Assembly (NCBI RefSeq): GCF_024166365.1
Contig: NC_064828.1
Span: 30,567,814 to 30,631,813, forward strand
Source: Elephas maximus
Lineage: Eukaryota
DNA: 64,000 nucleotides
Direction: 5' to 3'
The notes under the pieces were generated by a model, which worked only from the letters and a program-made list of their open reading frames with translations, was not told where the DNA came from and did no database searches. Positions 50,136-63,410 of this stretch are shown here, in pieces. The translations under genes and the position numbers were made by a program. Position 1 is the first letter of the stretch, and the number at the start of each line of letters is the position of its first letter.

Positions 50136-51964
50136 ATAAATGACTTAGATAAGAGCTCTGATTTCAATACACAGAGAAAGGTGGAAAGTAATAATACCTA
50201 ATATTCGTATCTTCTCACAGTTAATAAAGCACTCTCATATACATATTCATTTGATTTCAACACCCACTATGAGGTGGACAGGGAAGGTAGGGCTATCTTT
50301 ATTTTATAGATGTGAAAACTGAGGCCCTATAAGCTAGAGTTCTTAAGCTAAGCAAGAGATTGAAATAGGACTAAAAGGTCAGGTCTTCTGATATATGGTT
50401 CAGTGCTTTTATACCCATATCATCTGTTCAGCTGACTAAAAGGGGCAGAAACATGGAGGGGACAGAGTGCAAGGTATTTGGGATTAAGTCCTGTTTATGC
50501 CCAATGTCTGGCACATAGAAGTTGCTTGATAAATGGCTATTATATGAATTAATTAACTAACTTAAGCTCCCATCTTGAGATAAATTTGCTGCAGTCCTAG
50601 GTGGGGTGGATAGTCAACTGGGGCACTCCAGCGTGGGTGGCATTGGTTGTTTATGGTTGGCATTAGTTCTGACTGGTTGGTACCTAAGCTATTTATACAG
50701 GTAAATATTTTCAGTATTACCCTTGGTACTAGGTAGTTTAAGTATTGCCTTGGTTTTTACTAATGGGATGGGGTCTTGCCTACCAGCAAAAATATGGGTA
50801 CCTTTTTTCTCCAAACTTCATACAACCAATAACTAGCATGCTGTGTGGATGGGCAGAGAATGGGGTGGAAAAGAGATATGCCTAGTTTCTGTGGCCTACA
50901 GTGTCCCAGTTTGATTTCTCTTTTTCCATATATTCCACTCACCTATGTATTCTTTCCTTTTTTCCGAGGTGGGACTTTACCGTTATCAAGTCTTCCATGG
51001 TATGATGTTCTGACTGTGGAAACAACACAGTCCCTTTACTCCATTTCCAGGGCAATGGATGTTTCAAGTAATGTGTAGAGCGAGATAACCAAGATGAGTA
51101 CAGTACAGTGAGAAGGAGGGTTGGATGGGTAGTGTGTGGTCTAATTTTAAGGGATTAGTTTATGTTAATTACATTCAGCCTTTGCTCCCTTGGCTTCAGT
51201 AATTTGGGCCATTCTGTGCCCCTGTTCTTTGCCCTTTCCTTTGGGGTATAACCTGCCTGCGTATGGTCTCTTGGAGTCAAGGTCTTTGAAATTGAGAGTG
51301 TTAGGCCAGCCACTTACCTTCAATATGTTCTTCCTGTCACTGGATGAGGAACAGATAGGACTCTCACTATAATAAAAGAGAAATGAAGGTGATTCCTTTA
51401 TCAGGGACAAAAAGAAAGAAAGAAAGAAACACAACTAAAATAAATTTCAATGCTAGGAATGGGAGGAAATGGAAGGTCAAAGATTATTAGCAGTGGAGGT
51501 GGGTGTTTAAAGAGGAGAACATCTATCTTGTGGTCTAGAGAGACTGAGATCTCGGTTGAGAGCTGGAATAGAATAGGCTCTTTTCCTGAAAAACCCTGAC
51601 AGGCCAGCCTGCTTCTCTAAATGTTAACACTGGAAATCACTCTCTGGGGACATCCTCCCAGCTCCACGTGACAATAAATACTAAGAGACTTAGAACCTGT
51701 TCCAGCCTTTCCTGCTTTGGAGTTTTCTTGCCCTTGAGGATGGAGAATGGGTGTGTGCCTGGACATAGGAATTCCTCAGAAGTTAGAAGAAAGGATGATA
51801 AGGTAGTAAGGAGCTATAATCAAGATAAGGTAGGTGATTATTTAGTTCTTGGGTCCAATGATGAACTTAACCTAAAAATAAAGAGTAAAACACAGTCCCA
51901 GCTTCTTTTATGTGGATATACTTGCAGCACTGACTAGAAAAGATTACAGCAGTGCTGTGCAATG

Positions 51965-52175
51965 CAGGAGCCTCTGGGTGGTGCAACAGTTAACGTACTC
52001 AATGGCTAACTGGAAGGCTGGAAGTTTGAGTCCATCCAGAGGCTCCTGGGAAGAAAGGCCTGGTGATCTGCTTTTGAAAAAAGAGCCATTGAAAACCTAT
52101 GAAGCACAGTTCTACTCTGACACACCTGGAGTTGACTTGAGTCGGAACTGACTTGACAGCAACTGGTGCAATACA
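51965..52175 (+). mobile_element. tRNA-derived SINE related to AfroSINE (divergent head, AfroSINE-like tail)
   Basis: AGCCTCTGGGTGGTGCAACAGTTAACGTACTCAATGGCTAACTGGAAGGCTGGAAGTTTGAGTCC ... CAGTTCTACTCTGACACACCTGGAGTTGACTTGAGTCGGAACTGACTTGACAGCAAC. Confidence 0.6.
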
Positions 52176-52534
52176 ACTTTCTACGATGGTGGAAATGTTT
52201 CTGCGCTATGAAATATGGTAGCCACTGGGCATATGTGGCTGTTGAGAGCTTGAAATGTGGCTAGTATGACTGAGGATCTAACTTTTTATTGAATTTTGGT
52301 TAATTTTAAGTTTAGATAGCCATATGCAGTTAGTGGCTACTCTTTTAGACAGTGGAAGATTAGAATCAGTGTCAATGGTCTGAATATACCTCAGATTTTC
52401 TTCAGATCCAATTCATGGTTAAATAGGTCTAGAAAAGATGAAGAAAAAGAGACAATGGGGAACTATAATAATAGCCAACATTTCATGTGTGCTTACTATA
52501 ATCCTAGTGTGTATCTAAACACTTAATAACAAAA

Positions 52535-52700
52535 AAGCTCAAACCCACTGCTATTGAGTCAATTCAAACTTATAGTGACCCTATATAGGACAGGGCGGAG
52601 CTGCCCTATAGGGTTTCCAAGGAGCGCCTGGTAGATTCGAACTGCTGACCTCTTGGTTAGCAGCCAAACTATTAACCATTATGCCACCAGGGTTTCCAAA
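52535..52700 (-). mobile_element. AfroSINE
   Basis: AAACCCACTGCTATTGAGTCAATTCAAACTTATAGTGACCCTATATAGGACAGGGCGGAGCTGCCC...TTAACCATTATGCCACCAGGGTTTCC. Confidence 0.85.
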
Positions 52701-53926
52701 ACTCTTAATAGGTAGTTTATATAATCCTTGCAACAGTAATAGCTATTACGATCATTCTTGTGTTCCTAGCACAAGAACATTGTTGGTGCTCAATAAACAT
52801 TTGTTAAATGAATGAGACAGAAACAGGGTTGGAAAACAGTGATTTGGACCATGTGGTGGGTATAATAGCAAGCAGGAAAGATTAGAGTTCAGGAGATAGG
52901 GGCGGGGGTGGGTTCCAATAGCTAAGCAATGGCCATTGGTTTGTGATTTGATGTAGTGTAAAAATGGCCCCGGGGGTGGTGTCTGACCTCCTCTAACTTC
53001 ACAAGGAGGAAAGAGAATCAAGATCAACAGCCCAAGGCTGATTTCTGTGAGGCGAAGGTCAGACATGCCTCCTCTCTCTGCCATCTTTACCAATTCTGAT
53101 AGCAACTGTCCCTCCCACAACACTCTCTATTCCTTTGCAGAGCTTGATAATTCCTTGCAATGTCCACACAGAACTCACAGACCATACTCACAGTTATGGG
53201 GTTTATTAGGGAAGCAGCAGGTTACAATTTAGGTTCAGGAACGCTCAGGATACAGTTCTTCCATCAGGACAGCTTCTTCTCAGTGGCCCCTTGGCCTCTC
53301 TGGCCCCTTGGCCTCTGTCCTGCTCCAGCAAGCATTACAAAGCCCTTTTCGGCTCTGCCAATAAGTGCCCAGAGGCACTCTACTCCACCAGCAAGACTCC
53401 TGCCTGAAGGCACTCAGTTTTCTTGCTCCGTGGGCTGGGAATCTCCTGCTGGTCTCCTGGTTTTGCTGCTGCTTCTCACTTTCTTTGGTGTTACAGCTCT
53501 TTGTCTCCTAGGGATCCCAGGTCCAAAGGATATGCTCTGCTCTTGGCTCTTCTTCCTTTCAGCCTCTGGCATGGCTCATTTTAAGCCTAGCAGGATGGGA
53601 AAACTGACCAATTCCTTCCTTAGGACCTTATTTGCATGGTCCCACCCCTACACTGGTGCCCTGACTTTATTTGCATTATTAGCAAGCTATTCAATCCCCT
53701 TGGTGCACCACGATTACCTTATTTGTATAGTCCCATCCAATTAGTTGGGTGGGAATTGCAAGACCATGGTGAGAAAGGCCACATAAAAGCAATCCATCAC
53801 ACCACATGTGGGATTAAGCTTGTAAAATGAATAGAGAAAAATAGCTGAATTCTTACAAAGACAGTATATTGTGTGATTTTGTTACAGAAATTTTCACCTT
53901 TTGAGGAGTCCTTCTCTAGTTCTGGA

Positions 53927-54108
53927 AACTGTGGTGGCATAGTGGTTAAATGCTACAGCTGCTAACCAAAGGGTCGGCAATTCAAATCCGCCAGGCGCTC
54001 CCTGGAAACTCTATGGGGCAGTTCTACTCTGTCCTATAGGGTCGTTATGAGAGTCGTAATCGACTCTGCCGCACTGGGTTTCGTTTTTTTTTTTTTTTTT
54101 CTCTAGTT
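53927..54108 (+). mobile_element. AfroSINE with an oligo-T tail, flanked by a 10-bp TSD CTCTAGTTCT
   Basis: ..tcctTCTCTAGTTCTggaaactgtggtggcatagtggttaaatgc....gggtttcgttttttttttttttttCTCTAGTTCTatggg. Confidence 0.85.
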
Positions 54109-54125
54109 CTATGGGTTGCTTAGAT

Positions 54126-54262
54126 CCAAACCAAACCTGTTGCTGTCCAGTCAATTCCGACTCTGCCCCACCGGGTTTCAAAGGAGGCTATGGATTTGAA
54201 CTGCCCACCTTTTGGTCAGCTCAGCGCCAAGCTCTTAACCATTGCGCCACCAGGGCTTCTGC
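54126..54262 (-). mobile_element. AfroSINE (reverse orientation), about 600 bp upstream of the PNP TATA box
   Basis: AAACCTGTTGCTGTCCAGTCAATTCCGACTCTGCCCCACCGGGTTTCAAAGGAGGCT...CTCTTAACCATTGCGCCACCAGGGCTTC. Confidence 0.8.
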
Positions 54263-54827
54263 TTAGATCCAGTATTACATAAATCATGGGATTATTTGCC
54301 CCTACCCACCCTATCTACCCAGCCCACCCTATCTAGGGCCCAGGAATTCTGGCTCCTGAAACTTTTTCTTCTCCCTATCTAGGCCTTGCTTTGGGCTCCT
54401 GATGTGTTCTCTCAAACCTTGTCATCTTCAAGTCCGCACTATTGCCAGGGTCGACCCTGCTTTCCTGATGCTGGAAGCACCGCGGCCACAGGCTCACAGA
54501 ATTTTATTCTGAGCTTGTGCCATCTAAGATTTGATGTTTTTCTTTTCAAATTTCTCACTGCTTGGTGTAGACAAAACTCAGAATGTGGTTGCAGATAGAC
54601 AGTGCGGGCTCTTCTCCTGGCTTCCAGATCACTGCCCACAAAGGCCTCCTGCTGAAAACGCCAGCCCTCTGGGCAGGAATTGGTGCAAAGCTGCAACGCT
54701 GGGTGCCCTTAGTGGGAAAACCTCCAGAGGTGGGAGGAGGAATTTAGATGAGGTTTGCAGCCTAGCCACCGGCAATTGAATCTGGGCGTGTCACCATGGA
54801 GACGGGGCCGGCCCGCGAGCTCGGCTG

Positions 54828-54862
54828 CCATTGGCTGGGGACTCCCGGACTGGGGATATAAG
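54828..54862 (+). promoter_or_regulatory. PNP: PNP core promoter: inverted CCAAT (gCCATTGGct, 54828-34) and TATA box (gATATAAGcc, 54856-62)
   Basis: TATA lies about 100 nt upstream of the ATG. CCAAT lies about 25 nt upstream of the TATA. Confidence 0.6.
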
Positions 54863-54962
54863 CCAGCACCGGGTGAACAGTGTGCTTACTGTCTACCAGA
54901 CTCGGAGCGCAGCGGATCAGAGTGGAGAAAGGCAGGCTCATCACGAGGGCGCCGGCGGGACC

Positions 54963-54973
54963 ATGGAGAACCA
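54963..54973 (+). CDS. PNP: PNP exon 1 coding part (ATG GAG AAC CA; M-E-N-)
   Basis: Strong Kozak context gaccATGG. Donor at AACCA|gtgagt. Joins exon 2 to give MENQFTYEDY (compare human MENGYTYEDY and mouse MENEFTYEDY). TATA and CCAAT boxes lie 100-135 bp upstream. Confidence 0.8.
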
Positions 54974-56391
54974 GTGAGTTGGGCATAGGGCACCAGGCGC
55001 ATGGGACCCCGGAGGCCCCTGGGGAGGGGAAATGGCTGTCACCGAGACCTGGGGACCCTGCACTCTGGGCCCCAAGGGGCCAGGAGAGGGAGCGAGTGCC
55101 TTGGAGATGCGGAGAGGCCCGACACGGAGCCCGGTGCCAGAGGCAAGGCGACAGAGCAGGGGGGCAGCCGGCTCGGGCAGGGGCGCGCGCGGGAATCGAG
55201 CAGGGGTGGCGCCACCGGAGCAGGAAGGGGACAGGTTAGTGCAGTGTCGTCTACTCCTAAAAGGAACCGGTGCGTGTGTCTGGGTGCTAGGAGCGTGCGT
55301 AAGTGGAAAGGGAGACATACTCCCTCGCCCTCTACTCCACACGCAGCAAAGAGATCTGCCCACCCCATCACAGATTCCATTCTCGGGTCTAGGTAAAGCC
55401 GCGACGCGCTTTTGGTGCTCAAATCGGGAGTTTCCCCTTCAGAGGAGAGACTGGCCACCTTCCTCGCCAGCACCCGCCTCCAAATTGGGGGTTCGATTAA
55501 TCCGGGTTGGGGATGGGGTCTCCACGGACGGAAGGAAATCCTTATTCACTGAACTGAGCAACAGATCCCGCCCTCTTACCTCACCCCACACCTTAGAAAA
55601 CCCTTTTGTCTGCTTTGGTCCTGGAATTCCCAGTCCAAGTTCACCAGCACTATAGATCCCAGTGGCTTTTGGATGCCTAGGAAGTTCTATGAACTGTGTG
55701 GTTCGATCTCCCAGGTGGCCACAGCGTCACACTTCTTTCATTTTATCAGCACCACTTGGGGATGCTATTTTACGGTGTTCCCGCGGGATGGCCCTACCTT
55801 AAGGCTTTCTTGCTTCTCTTCTGCTTGGGTAGCTCCAGCTCTATTGCCCTGCCCCCTGCCTGATTACCCATCTACTTCCCTGAAGGTAGTCTGGTGTACT
55901 GTAGAGTCATAGCTGGTTTCCCCGGCTCTGCTTTTGAAAAAAAAACATTTCCTCTGAAGACTTGGTTGTGTTCAGTCCTGTCACACCCCAGTTCCACCTT
56001 CTTTTTTCCCCTCTAATATTTGGTCTTCCGAAGACCAAAAATGTGGGAAAGAATTGAACTTGGACATGTGAGGAAAGTTCTGGGTTCTGCTAGTGTAGAC
56101 GTTCTGGGTAAGTGTGTACCCTTAGTTCTACCGGTCTTTTGAGCTCCCTGAAGGATAAAAAGCCTTGGTGAATCGAAGATGGAAGTGGGCAGGGAGGGTG
56201 AAGATTGGCCGGGAGAAAACTACCTGTAGGCGGAAAAGCAGAAGAAAGGTTCAAGGGCTTGTATGACAGAGCCATAGGTCTTTGTAGCTTGTTAGCAAAT
56301 TTTTTGTTAGCAAGTCATTTTCAAGCTAAGCCTCTAAGATAAAAAAAAAAAAAATAGGTGGGACCAATTATATCCTTTTGCTTTATACCAG

Positions 56392-56600
56392 TCAAGGAGC
56401 CCTGGTGGCTCAGTGGTTAAGCACTCGGTTAACCGAATGGTAGGTGGTTCTAACTCACCAGCTGTACTGTGGGAGAAAGATGTGACAGCCTGCTTCCATA
56501 AAAATTTATAGCCTTGGAAACCTTATGGGGCAGTTCTATTCTGTCCTACAGGGTTACTAGGAGTTAGAATCTACTCGATGGCCAGAGGTTTGGGTTCTTG
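56392..56600 (+). mobile_element. AfroSINE long form in PNP intron 1
   Basis: GGAGCCCTGGTGGCTCAGTGGTTAAGCACTCGGTTAACCGAATGGTAGGTGGTTCTAACTCACCAGCTG...CATAAAAATTTATAGCCTTGGAAACC.... Confidence 0.8.
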
Positions 56601-57654
56601 CTTTATATCCAAGGAAAGAATTTGAGGCACATGTTACTTGCTTAAAAAGACAAAATTGGAACTAGAATCCAGCTTGAGTTTTGCTCCACTTTGGACCAGA
56701 GGTTCCTAAACCTGATTTTTAGCCAGAATTACCTAAGGCACTTTTATAAAAAATACAGATTCTTTTAGGGCCTCTCCAGAATTATGAAACTGTAGGAGTG
56801 GGCCCTAGAATCTGTGTTTTTAATAGTTTTCTACTGAGAAACGTGTGCGACCAGCCCTGCTCCAGCCTTTGACAACCAGTGTTATGAACTGTGTCTGTCT
56901 TTTTGCACAATAGCTTATCTCATCTCTGGTCTTGAGTTACCCCTTGCAATTCCATGTGGCAGAGGTCTGTGGGCCTGGGGATCCGAGAAATAAGGATCCA
57001 GGGGAACTAGGGGTGGCACATAGACTTCCACTAGTATTTCCTTAGTATTTGGCTGAGGGAGGAACTAGAGGGTGAGCGTTCAAAAGGGGACTGAGTTTGC
57101 CCCTGCACTCATAGTTAGTCTTAATAACATCTTGAGTAGGGAGGGGGATAGGGAGGATACTAAAGAGGATTGTACTGGGTTTGTCTCTGCTCTAAGGAGG
57201 ATCTTAATCCCATCTTGAGTGCCCTCCCTTTCCTTTCTCTTCAGGCCCAGCCCCTTCACTTCACTTTCACCGGACCTCTCTGTAGACACCATGGTCTTTC
57301 CTTTCCTATCCCCTCCTTCTCATAAGGTGAGATATTAAACCTGCCAGTTGTAGCAACACTGGAGTTTGGACTATTAGTAGAAACAGACTTCGTTAACTTT
57401 TGCCAGGTTCTGGAATGGAGTTGGTTTTATGTCAGACTTGGGCCTGATTCTGAGAGGTGGGTGGTGGGGGGAGCATAGTATGACCTCTAGTGAGGGACAG
57501 GAGCCTCCTCTCTGCAGCAACCATTTGGCCAACTTCCCTGTCCCCTGCTCCCTCCTATACCTGTCATCCTTTCTGCATTGACAGCCATCAGGCATTGCTC
57601 TGTGATGCCCTTGGAACAGGAGTGGAACTCACTTTGATTTTCCTTTTTTCCTAG

Positions 57655-57824
57655 ATTCACATATGAAGATTACCAGAACACAGCAGAATGGCTTCTGTCC
57701 CACACCAAGCACCGACCTCAAGTGGCAGTGATCTGTGGTTCTGGGTTAGGAGGTCTGGCTGAGAAAGTAACTCAGGCCCAGATCTTTGACTATAGTGAGA
57801 TACCCAACTTTCCCCGAAGTACAG
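57655..57824 (+). CDS. PNP: PNP exon 2 ([56 protein letters not shown])
   Basis: Acceptor tttttcctag|ATTCAC and donor GTACAG|gtactg. Confidence 0.9.
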
Positions 57825-58494
57825 GTACTGGCAATGGGATAGGAGGATGGGACTGAGGAGTATTGATGGGATTTTGTGGAACCCAATCTGAAGGCCAGTG
57901 CTTCTAAGTCTGGACTTATGCAGTATCTGATTATACTCATCAGCATTTAACCAAAAGTAAATGTTGTCACAGAGGAAAAAAGCCCACATGAGTCATAATG
58001 ACATTGAAAGGAAATTACCCTAGCAGAGATTCCGTAATAGGCTGAGCATACTTATATCAGAGGGACTACATGATGACATTTTTCCTATGCTAATTTTTTA
58101 TTTGTTTAATATGACTCAGCTCCTTAAAGCTCTACAGTAACACCCTTCCCCTCCCGTATACCATCATCACCACGTACACTCCCTTCTCATTTCCTCCAGA
58201 CTACAGCGGATGGTAAAAGCAGTATCTGAAAACTCCCAGGACACAGTCAGGGCTCCTCTGTATGATGTCTTCCTGGCATCCTTCATGCCTGCAGCTGTAG
58301 CTCCAGTCCTAGTACAAGGCTCTGATACCCAGCAACAAATGAACATACAGACTGCCTTGTTCTTGCAGACAAACAAATAATACATGAATACAGGAGACCT
58401 GATTCATACTGACCCTTTGGAAGGGGAAAGGGGCAGCTTGTCCCCTATGCACCGTAGGGCTCTGGTAAGGAGAATATTTCTAATACAGCATCCG

Positions 58495-59012
58495 AGAATA
58501 TTGTTGTCGTTAGGTGCTGTCTAGTTAGTTCCAAATTATAGTGACTGTATGTACAACAGAACAAAATACTGCCCGATCCTGTACCACGCTCACAATCCTT
58601 GCTATGTTTGACCTAACTGTTGCAGCCATTGTGTCAATCCATCTTGTTGAGGGTCTTCCTTTTTTTCCCTGACCCTATACTTTACCAAGCATGATGTCCT
58701 TCCCTAGAGACTGGTCCCTCCTGATAGCATGCCCAAATACATGAGACGAAGTCTCACCATCCTTGCTTCCAAGGAGCACCCTGGCTGTACTTCTTCTAGA
58801 ATAGACTTCTTCATTCTTCTGGCAGTCCATGGTATATTCAATATTCTTTGCCAACACCATAATTCAAAGGCATCAATTCTTCTTCAGTCTTCTTTATTCA
58901 TTGTCCAGCTTTCACACGCATATGAAGTGATTGAAAATACCATGGGTCAGTCAGGCGCACCTTAGTCCTTAAAGTGACATCTTTGCTTTTCAACACTTTA
59001 AAGAGGATTTGC
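58495..59012 (-). mobile_element. RTE/BovB-type LINE 3' fragment (minus orientation) in PNP intron 2
   Basis: Collinear and about 80% similar to 43690-44345. Minus-strand ORF 58675..58860 contains ..HVFGHAIRRDQSLGKDIMLGKV. Confidence 0.7.
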
Positions 59013-59954
59013 CCAATGCAATGTGTCGTTATATTTCTTGGGAATAGCATTAATATTCTAGCAGCATTCTAGTAGCATCTAGAAAGCTCTGAGGCTAAGA
59101 CTTAGAAAAGGGCCAGGTAAAATAGGGGCAAAGGACAAGGGTAGTTAATTTGGTTTACTTATTAATTTATCATGTAACTGCCCCTGGTTTGTATATTAAT
59201 TTTTCTCATTTGTATCTTCCTCTTTTCCCTGGCAAGTTGAGACTTTTACAAAAAATTGTACAAACCCTTTGGAACAAGACTGGGAGAGCAGCAGGGAGGT
59301 GGCAGTGGAGACTGGGGAGGGAAATGTTAAAAATGAGACAGTGAGGGAGAACATAGTTTTCTAGGAGAGATAACAGTGACATTGACTCCATCTGGCACTT
59401 CTACCCGCGGTGAGACCAGTACTGCACTCAGTGATAAGTGGACTAATTTTTTTTTTTTTAATCAATCTTTTTTTTTTTTTTTTCTGTTCCACTTGGGTTT
59501 TCCTAGCTGTGTCAGTGTCTCCTTTGCTGTGTTACTTTTTTTTTTTTTAATAAGCTTCTGTATCTCTCCACTCCCTCTCCGACCATTCATTCCCTAAGAG
59601 TATCGTATTTTGAGGATTTTGAAGTTTTTGGAAAAAATTTCTATAATTACTGCATTTACTTCATCATTACCCTCACTTCTTTTTAATCATTTTACATTCT
59701 CTTGCAGCACAGCTTTCTCATTCTTCTGAAATTTCTTTTAAAAACATTTTCTTCCTTACTTTGATCTTCTGTGTTCCCACAGAAGAACATTCTTTCACCC
59801 ATAGCTCTAATTCCTGTTTGTGCTTACGTAGTTGTTTTTATGATTATGATTCATGTCTTACCTTCCCCATCAGACTTGAACTTTCTGAAAGCAGATGTCT
59901 TTTTTTACGTCTTCATACCCTCACATGTTGAACACATTGAGTGAACCATCGTAA

Positions 59955-60230
<276 letters not shown>

Positions 60231-60322
60231 TAGGTAGATTTTTGGTCCGCTCCTTCCTTTTTCACGATAGGTATCATATGTATCCGTGTGGCTGGATTGG
60301 TGAGATTTCGAGCCTTTTCTAA

Positions 60323-60538
<216 letters not shown>

Positions 60539-60630
60539 TAGATGGGTGGGGCTGAAGGTTTTATTTAAGAGTTCAGGGAGAGCTCATTGTATTCTCTTAA
60601 TCTGAGGTGATCTTCTAACCTGTGCCCTAG

Positions 60631-60821
60631 GTTTGGAGTTCGTTTCCCCCCCATGTCTGATGCTTATGATCGGCATCTGAGGCAGATGGCTCACGTTACC
60701 TGGAAACAAATGGGGGAACAGCGAGAACTACAAGAAGGGACCTATGTGATGTTGGCGGGCCCCAACTTTGAGACCGTGGCAGAGTCTTGTCTGCTGCAGA
60801 AGCTGGGGGCAGATGCTGTTG
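60631..60821 (+). CDS. PNP: PNP exon 5 ([63 protein letters not shown])
   Basis: Acceptor tgtgccctag|GTTTGG and donor GCTGTTG|gtgaga. Confidence 0.9.
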
Positions 60822-61009
60822 GTGAGAAGCGAAACTTGGCTGGAGGCTTGGCCAGGGAGGGAGCTGGTAAAACAAGGATTGGGAGGAGTAGGAGATTACA
60901 GGCCTAGAGGGTAGAACAAGAGATAATCTGATTTAAAAGAGATTGAACTGACCCAACTTCTAGGAAGATACTGAAGTAGTGAACACTAAACACCAATGGC
61001 TTTAACAAC

Positions 61010-61205
61010 TGCAGATAATGTTGTTAGGTGCCCTCTAGTCAGTTCTGACTCAGCGACCCTATATACAACAGAACAAAACACTGCTCAGTCCTGTACCATC
61101 CTCACAATCCTTGCTGTGTTTGAGCCCATTGTTGCAGCCACTGTGTCAGTCCATCTGCTGTACGTAGGGTTGCTATGAGCTGGAACAGACTAGTCAGTAC
61201 CTAAC
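61010..61205. mobile_element. Internally deleted RTE-tail derivative with ~35-40-bp terminal inverted repeats (GTTGTTAGGTGCCCTCTAGTCAG ... CTGACTAGTACCTAACAACAA), in PNP intron 5
   Basis: Its 5' ~130 bp is collinear with the 5' ends of the 43690 and 58495 elements. Its 3' end carries the AfroSINE/RTE tail motif GGGTTGCTATGAGCTGGAACAGACT in the opposite sense, so the element ends are reverse complements of each other. Confidence 0.5.
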
Positions 61206-61245
61206 AACAAATAACAACAACAATGAAAGTGAGGCTAAAGGGTGA

Positions 61246-61518
<273 letters not shown>

Positions 61519-61949
61519 TTAGCCTCAGATTGGTCTGGCTTCTGCCTTACGGGATCCAAGAAGCTGCTACCTACTTTGGCCCTTTGTTGGGGTCTCTTGT
61601 CTTGCCCTTAGGTGGTAGCAGAAAGGAGAGGAAGATTCCTGTCCTTTACTTTCCCCACATTTCCCACCAGACCTTTCTGGTGCCAAGTCCTCTTTTGCTC
61701 AGTTGTTTTCTGAAAGCAGTTTCCATCCCTGTTCTTCCCCAGACTGGAGCCCCTGCCCTACTTACTACTCATCCATGGATATGCCCAGGATTTGACTTGA
61801 GTCTTCGAACTTGGCACAGTAGCTGCTAACTTTTTGAGACAATGCTCTCACATTCCCAGGGGCCTGAGTTCTGCCACCCCGTAACACTGGAGACCACACA
61901 AGGACCAGCCCAATACCTCTTTCAATTTTTAACATTATTGTGTTTTGAG

Positions 61950-61955
61950 AATAAA
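61950..61955 (+). other. PNP: PNP poly(A) signal AATAAA, about 430 nt after the stop
   Basis: ttttgagAATAAAgagaaag. Confidence 0.55.
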
Positions 61956-63219
61956 GAGAAAGATGCATCATTTCTTCATTTTTCGTACAACTTGGTGAGG
62001 CTGGGGACATAGGCCGAGACTAGCAGGGAAGTCATGTGACTTAGTCTGCTTCTCAGACAAGTAGCTAAGGTCCTGGATGAATGTGGTATGTAAAATAAGG
62101 AAGGGCAAAATGATGAAAACTTAGGGAAAGATACTGAAAGAGATGATGAGAAGGAAGAAAGGGCTAACTTCTGGCACATGGTGTTGCCACTTCCCTCACC
62201 ACAGTCTTACCACTGTCTCTTGCCTTCTGATTGTTTTACTCCCTGTCTCCTCTCATGAGTTAGTTCACTGATCTCAGCTTCTGCTCCTTAGTTGACACTT
62301 CCTTGTTGAGGCCCTAATCCCACTTCTCTTGCTTTCCTTCTCTGATTTCTGCCATAGTTGGTGGCAACCATACTCTACTCCTTTTCGACAGTGCATTGGT
62401 GAGTCCCCCTTTCTCTGCTGCCAGCCACCCCACTGCTGATTAGACTCCTGTCAGCCCGTGGCCAACCTGTGAGGTTGGTTCATACCCAGTTCTTCTCTTT
62501 GAGCACCTTCTTTCCTCCCTCTGTTTCCTTCTAGCAGCAGCCTTTCTCTTCCGTTTTGCTTGGTCAGAACGCTGCATCCAGGCATTGCCCTTTGTTGGCT
62601 CACTGCACTATTTTTGCTTATCAGCTTGCATTCAGCTGGCTGGTGTGTTTGGAAACAGCCTACCACACTACCCTCCCAGGTCTACTTGCTGTTTAAGAAA
62701 GGGCATTGCTGGATAAGTCTCTAAGAGTAGCGACATTTCAGTTATTAGTAGCATAATATGAAGAAAGTATTTTGGACAGGGAGCCTTTGAGAATTCTTCC
62801 ATAACATCCTTTGGCAACTGGCCTAAGGAAAATCAGCAAATCCTGGGGTGGCCCTATCGCCACTCCTTTTATCTTTTTTTTTTTTTTGTACTGCTACTTA
62901 ACTTCCAGGACCTGTAGGCAATCCGCTAGCATCTGTTAATTGTCTCAGAGCTGGCTGTAAGAGCTGGCTTAGAGGGAAGTACTGTGTGTCCTTCAGGGTA
63001 CAGGAGCTTCCTAGGTATATACACAACTGTAACTTATTCATCTAATGGGATGGTTTATAGACATTTCTCTTTAATTAATTATTGAACATCTCTTTGTATA
63101 AGGCTCTCAGCTAAGCAAATGATAATGAGTGAATGTAAGGAAGGTGTTTCTTCTCAAGTGCCTGCAGGTCTTAAGGAAGACACATTTGTAAAGCTATTAA
63201 CTGTTAGATACCAGTTACC

Positions 63220-63410
63220 AGTTGCCAACAATTCTGACTCATGGTGACCTGATGTGTGACAGAGTAGAACGCCTCACAGGGTTTCCAATGGCAGTGATCT
63301 TTCAGAAGTAGATCGCCAGATCTTCTGAGGCACCTCTGGTTGGATTTGAACTACCAACCTTTTAGTTAGTAGCCGAGTACTTAAAAGTTTGCACTACTCA
63401 GGCACTCTAA
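63220..63410 (-). mobile_element. AfroSINE long form (reverse orientation) downstream of PNP
   Basis: CAATTCTGACTCATGGTGACCTGATGTGTGACAGAGTAGAACGCC...GGATTTGAACTACCAACCTTTTAGTTAGTAGCCGAGTACTTAAAAG. Confidence 0.75.

Larger units (their letters stand above)
54780..55650. promoter_or_regulatory. CpG island spanning the PNP promoter, exon 1 and the start of intron 1
   Basis: GC-rich block. It produces several long overlapping spurious ORFs on both strands (55032..55655, 54941..55363, 55039..55473). Confidence 0.65.

Noticed and set aside
53160-53744. 194-aa ORF (+) MSTQNSQTILTVMGFIREAAGYNLGSG..
   Set aside because: Hydrophobic, low-complexity translation with no recognisable domain. The region (about 53040-53830) looks like an LTR-type (MaLR-like?) interspersed repeat rather than an exon, but I cannot classify the repeat confidently either. 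No splice-compatible neighbours.
55032-55655. 207-aa ORF (+), with overlapping 140-aa and 144-aa ORFs on the minus strand in the same region
   Set aside because: They lie in the GC-rich CpG island of PNP intron 1. Translation is Pro/Gly/Arg/Ala-rich low-complexity with no recognisable domain. Overlapping ORFs on both strands are typical of GC-rich non-coding DNA.
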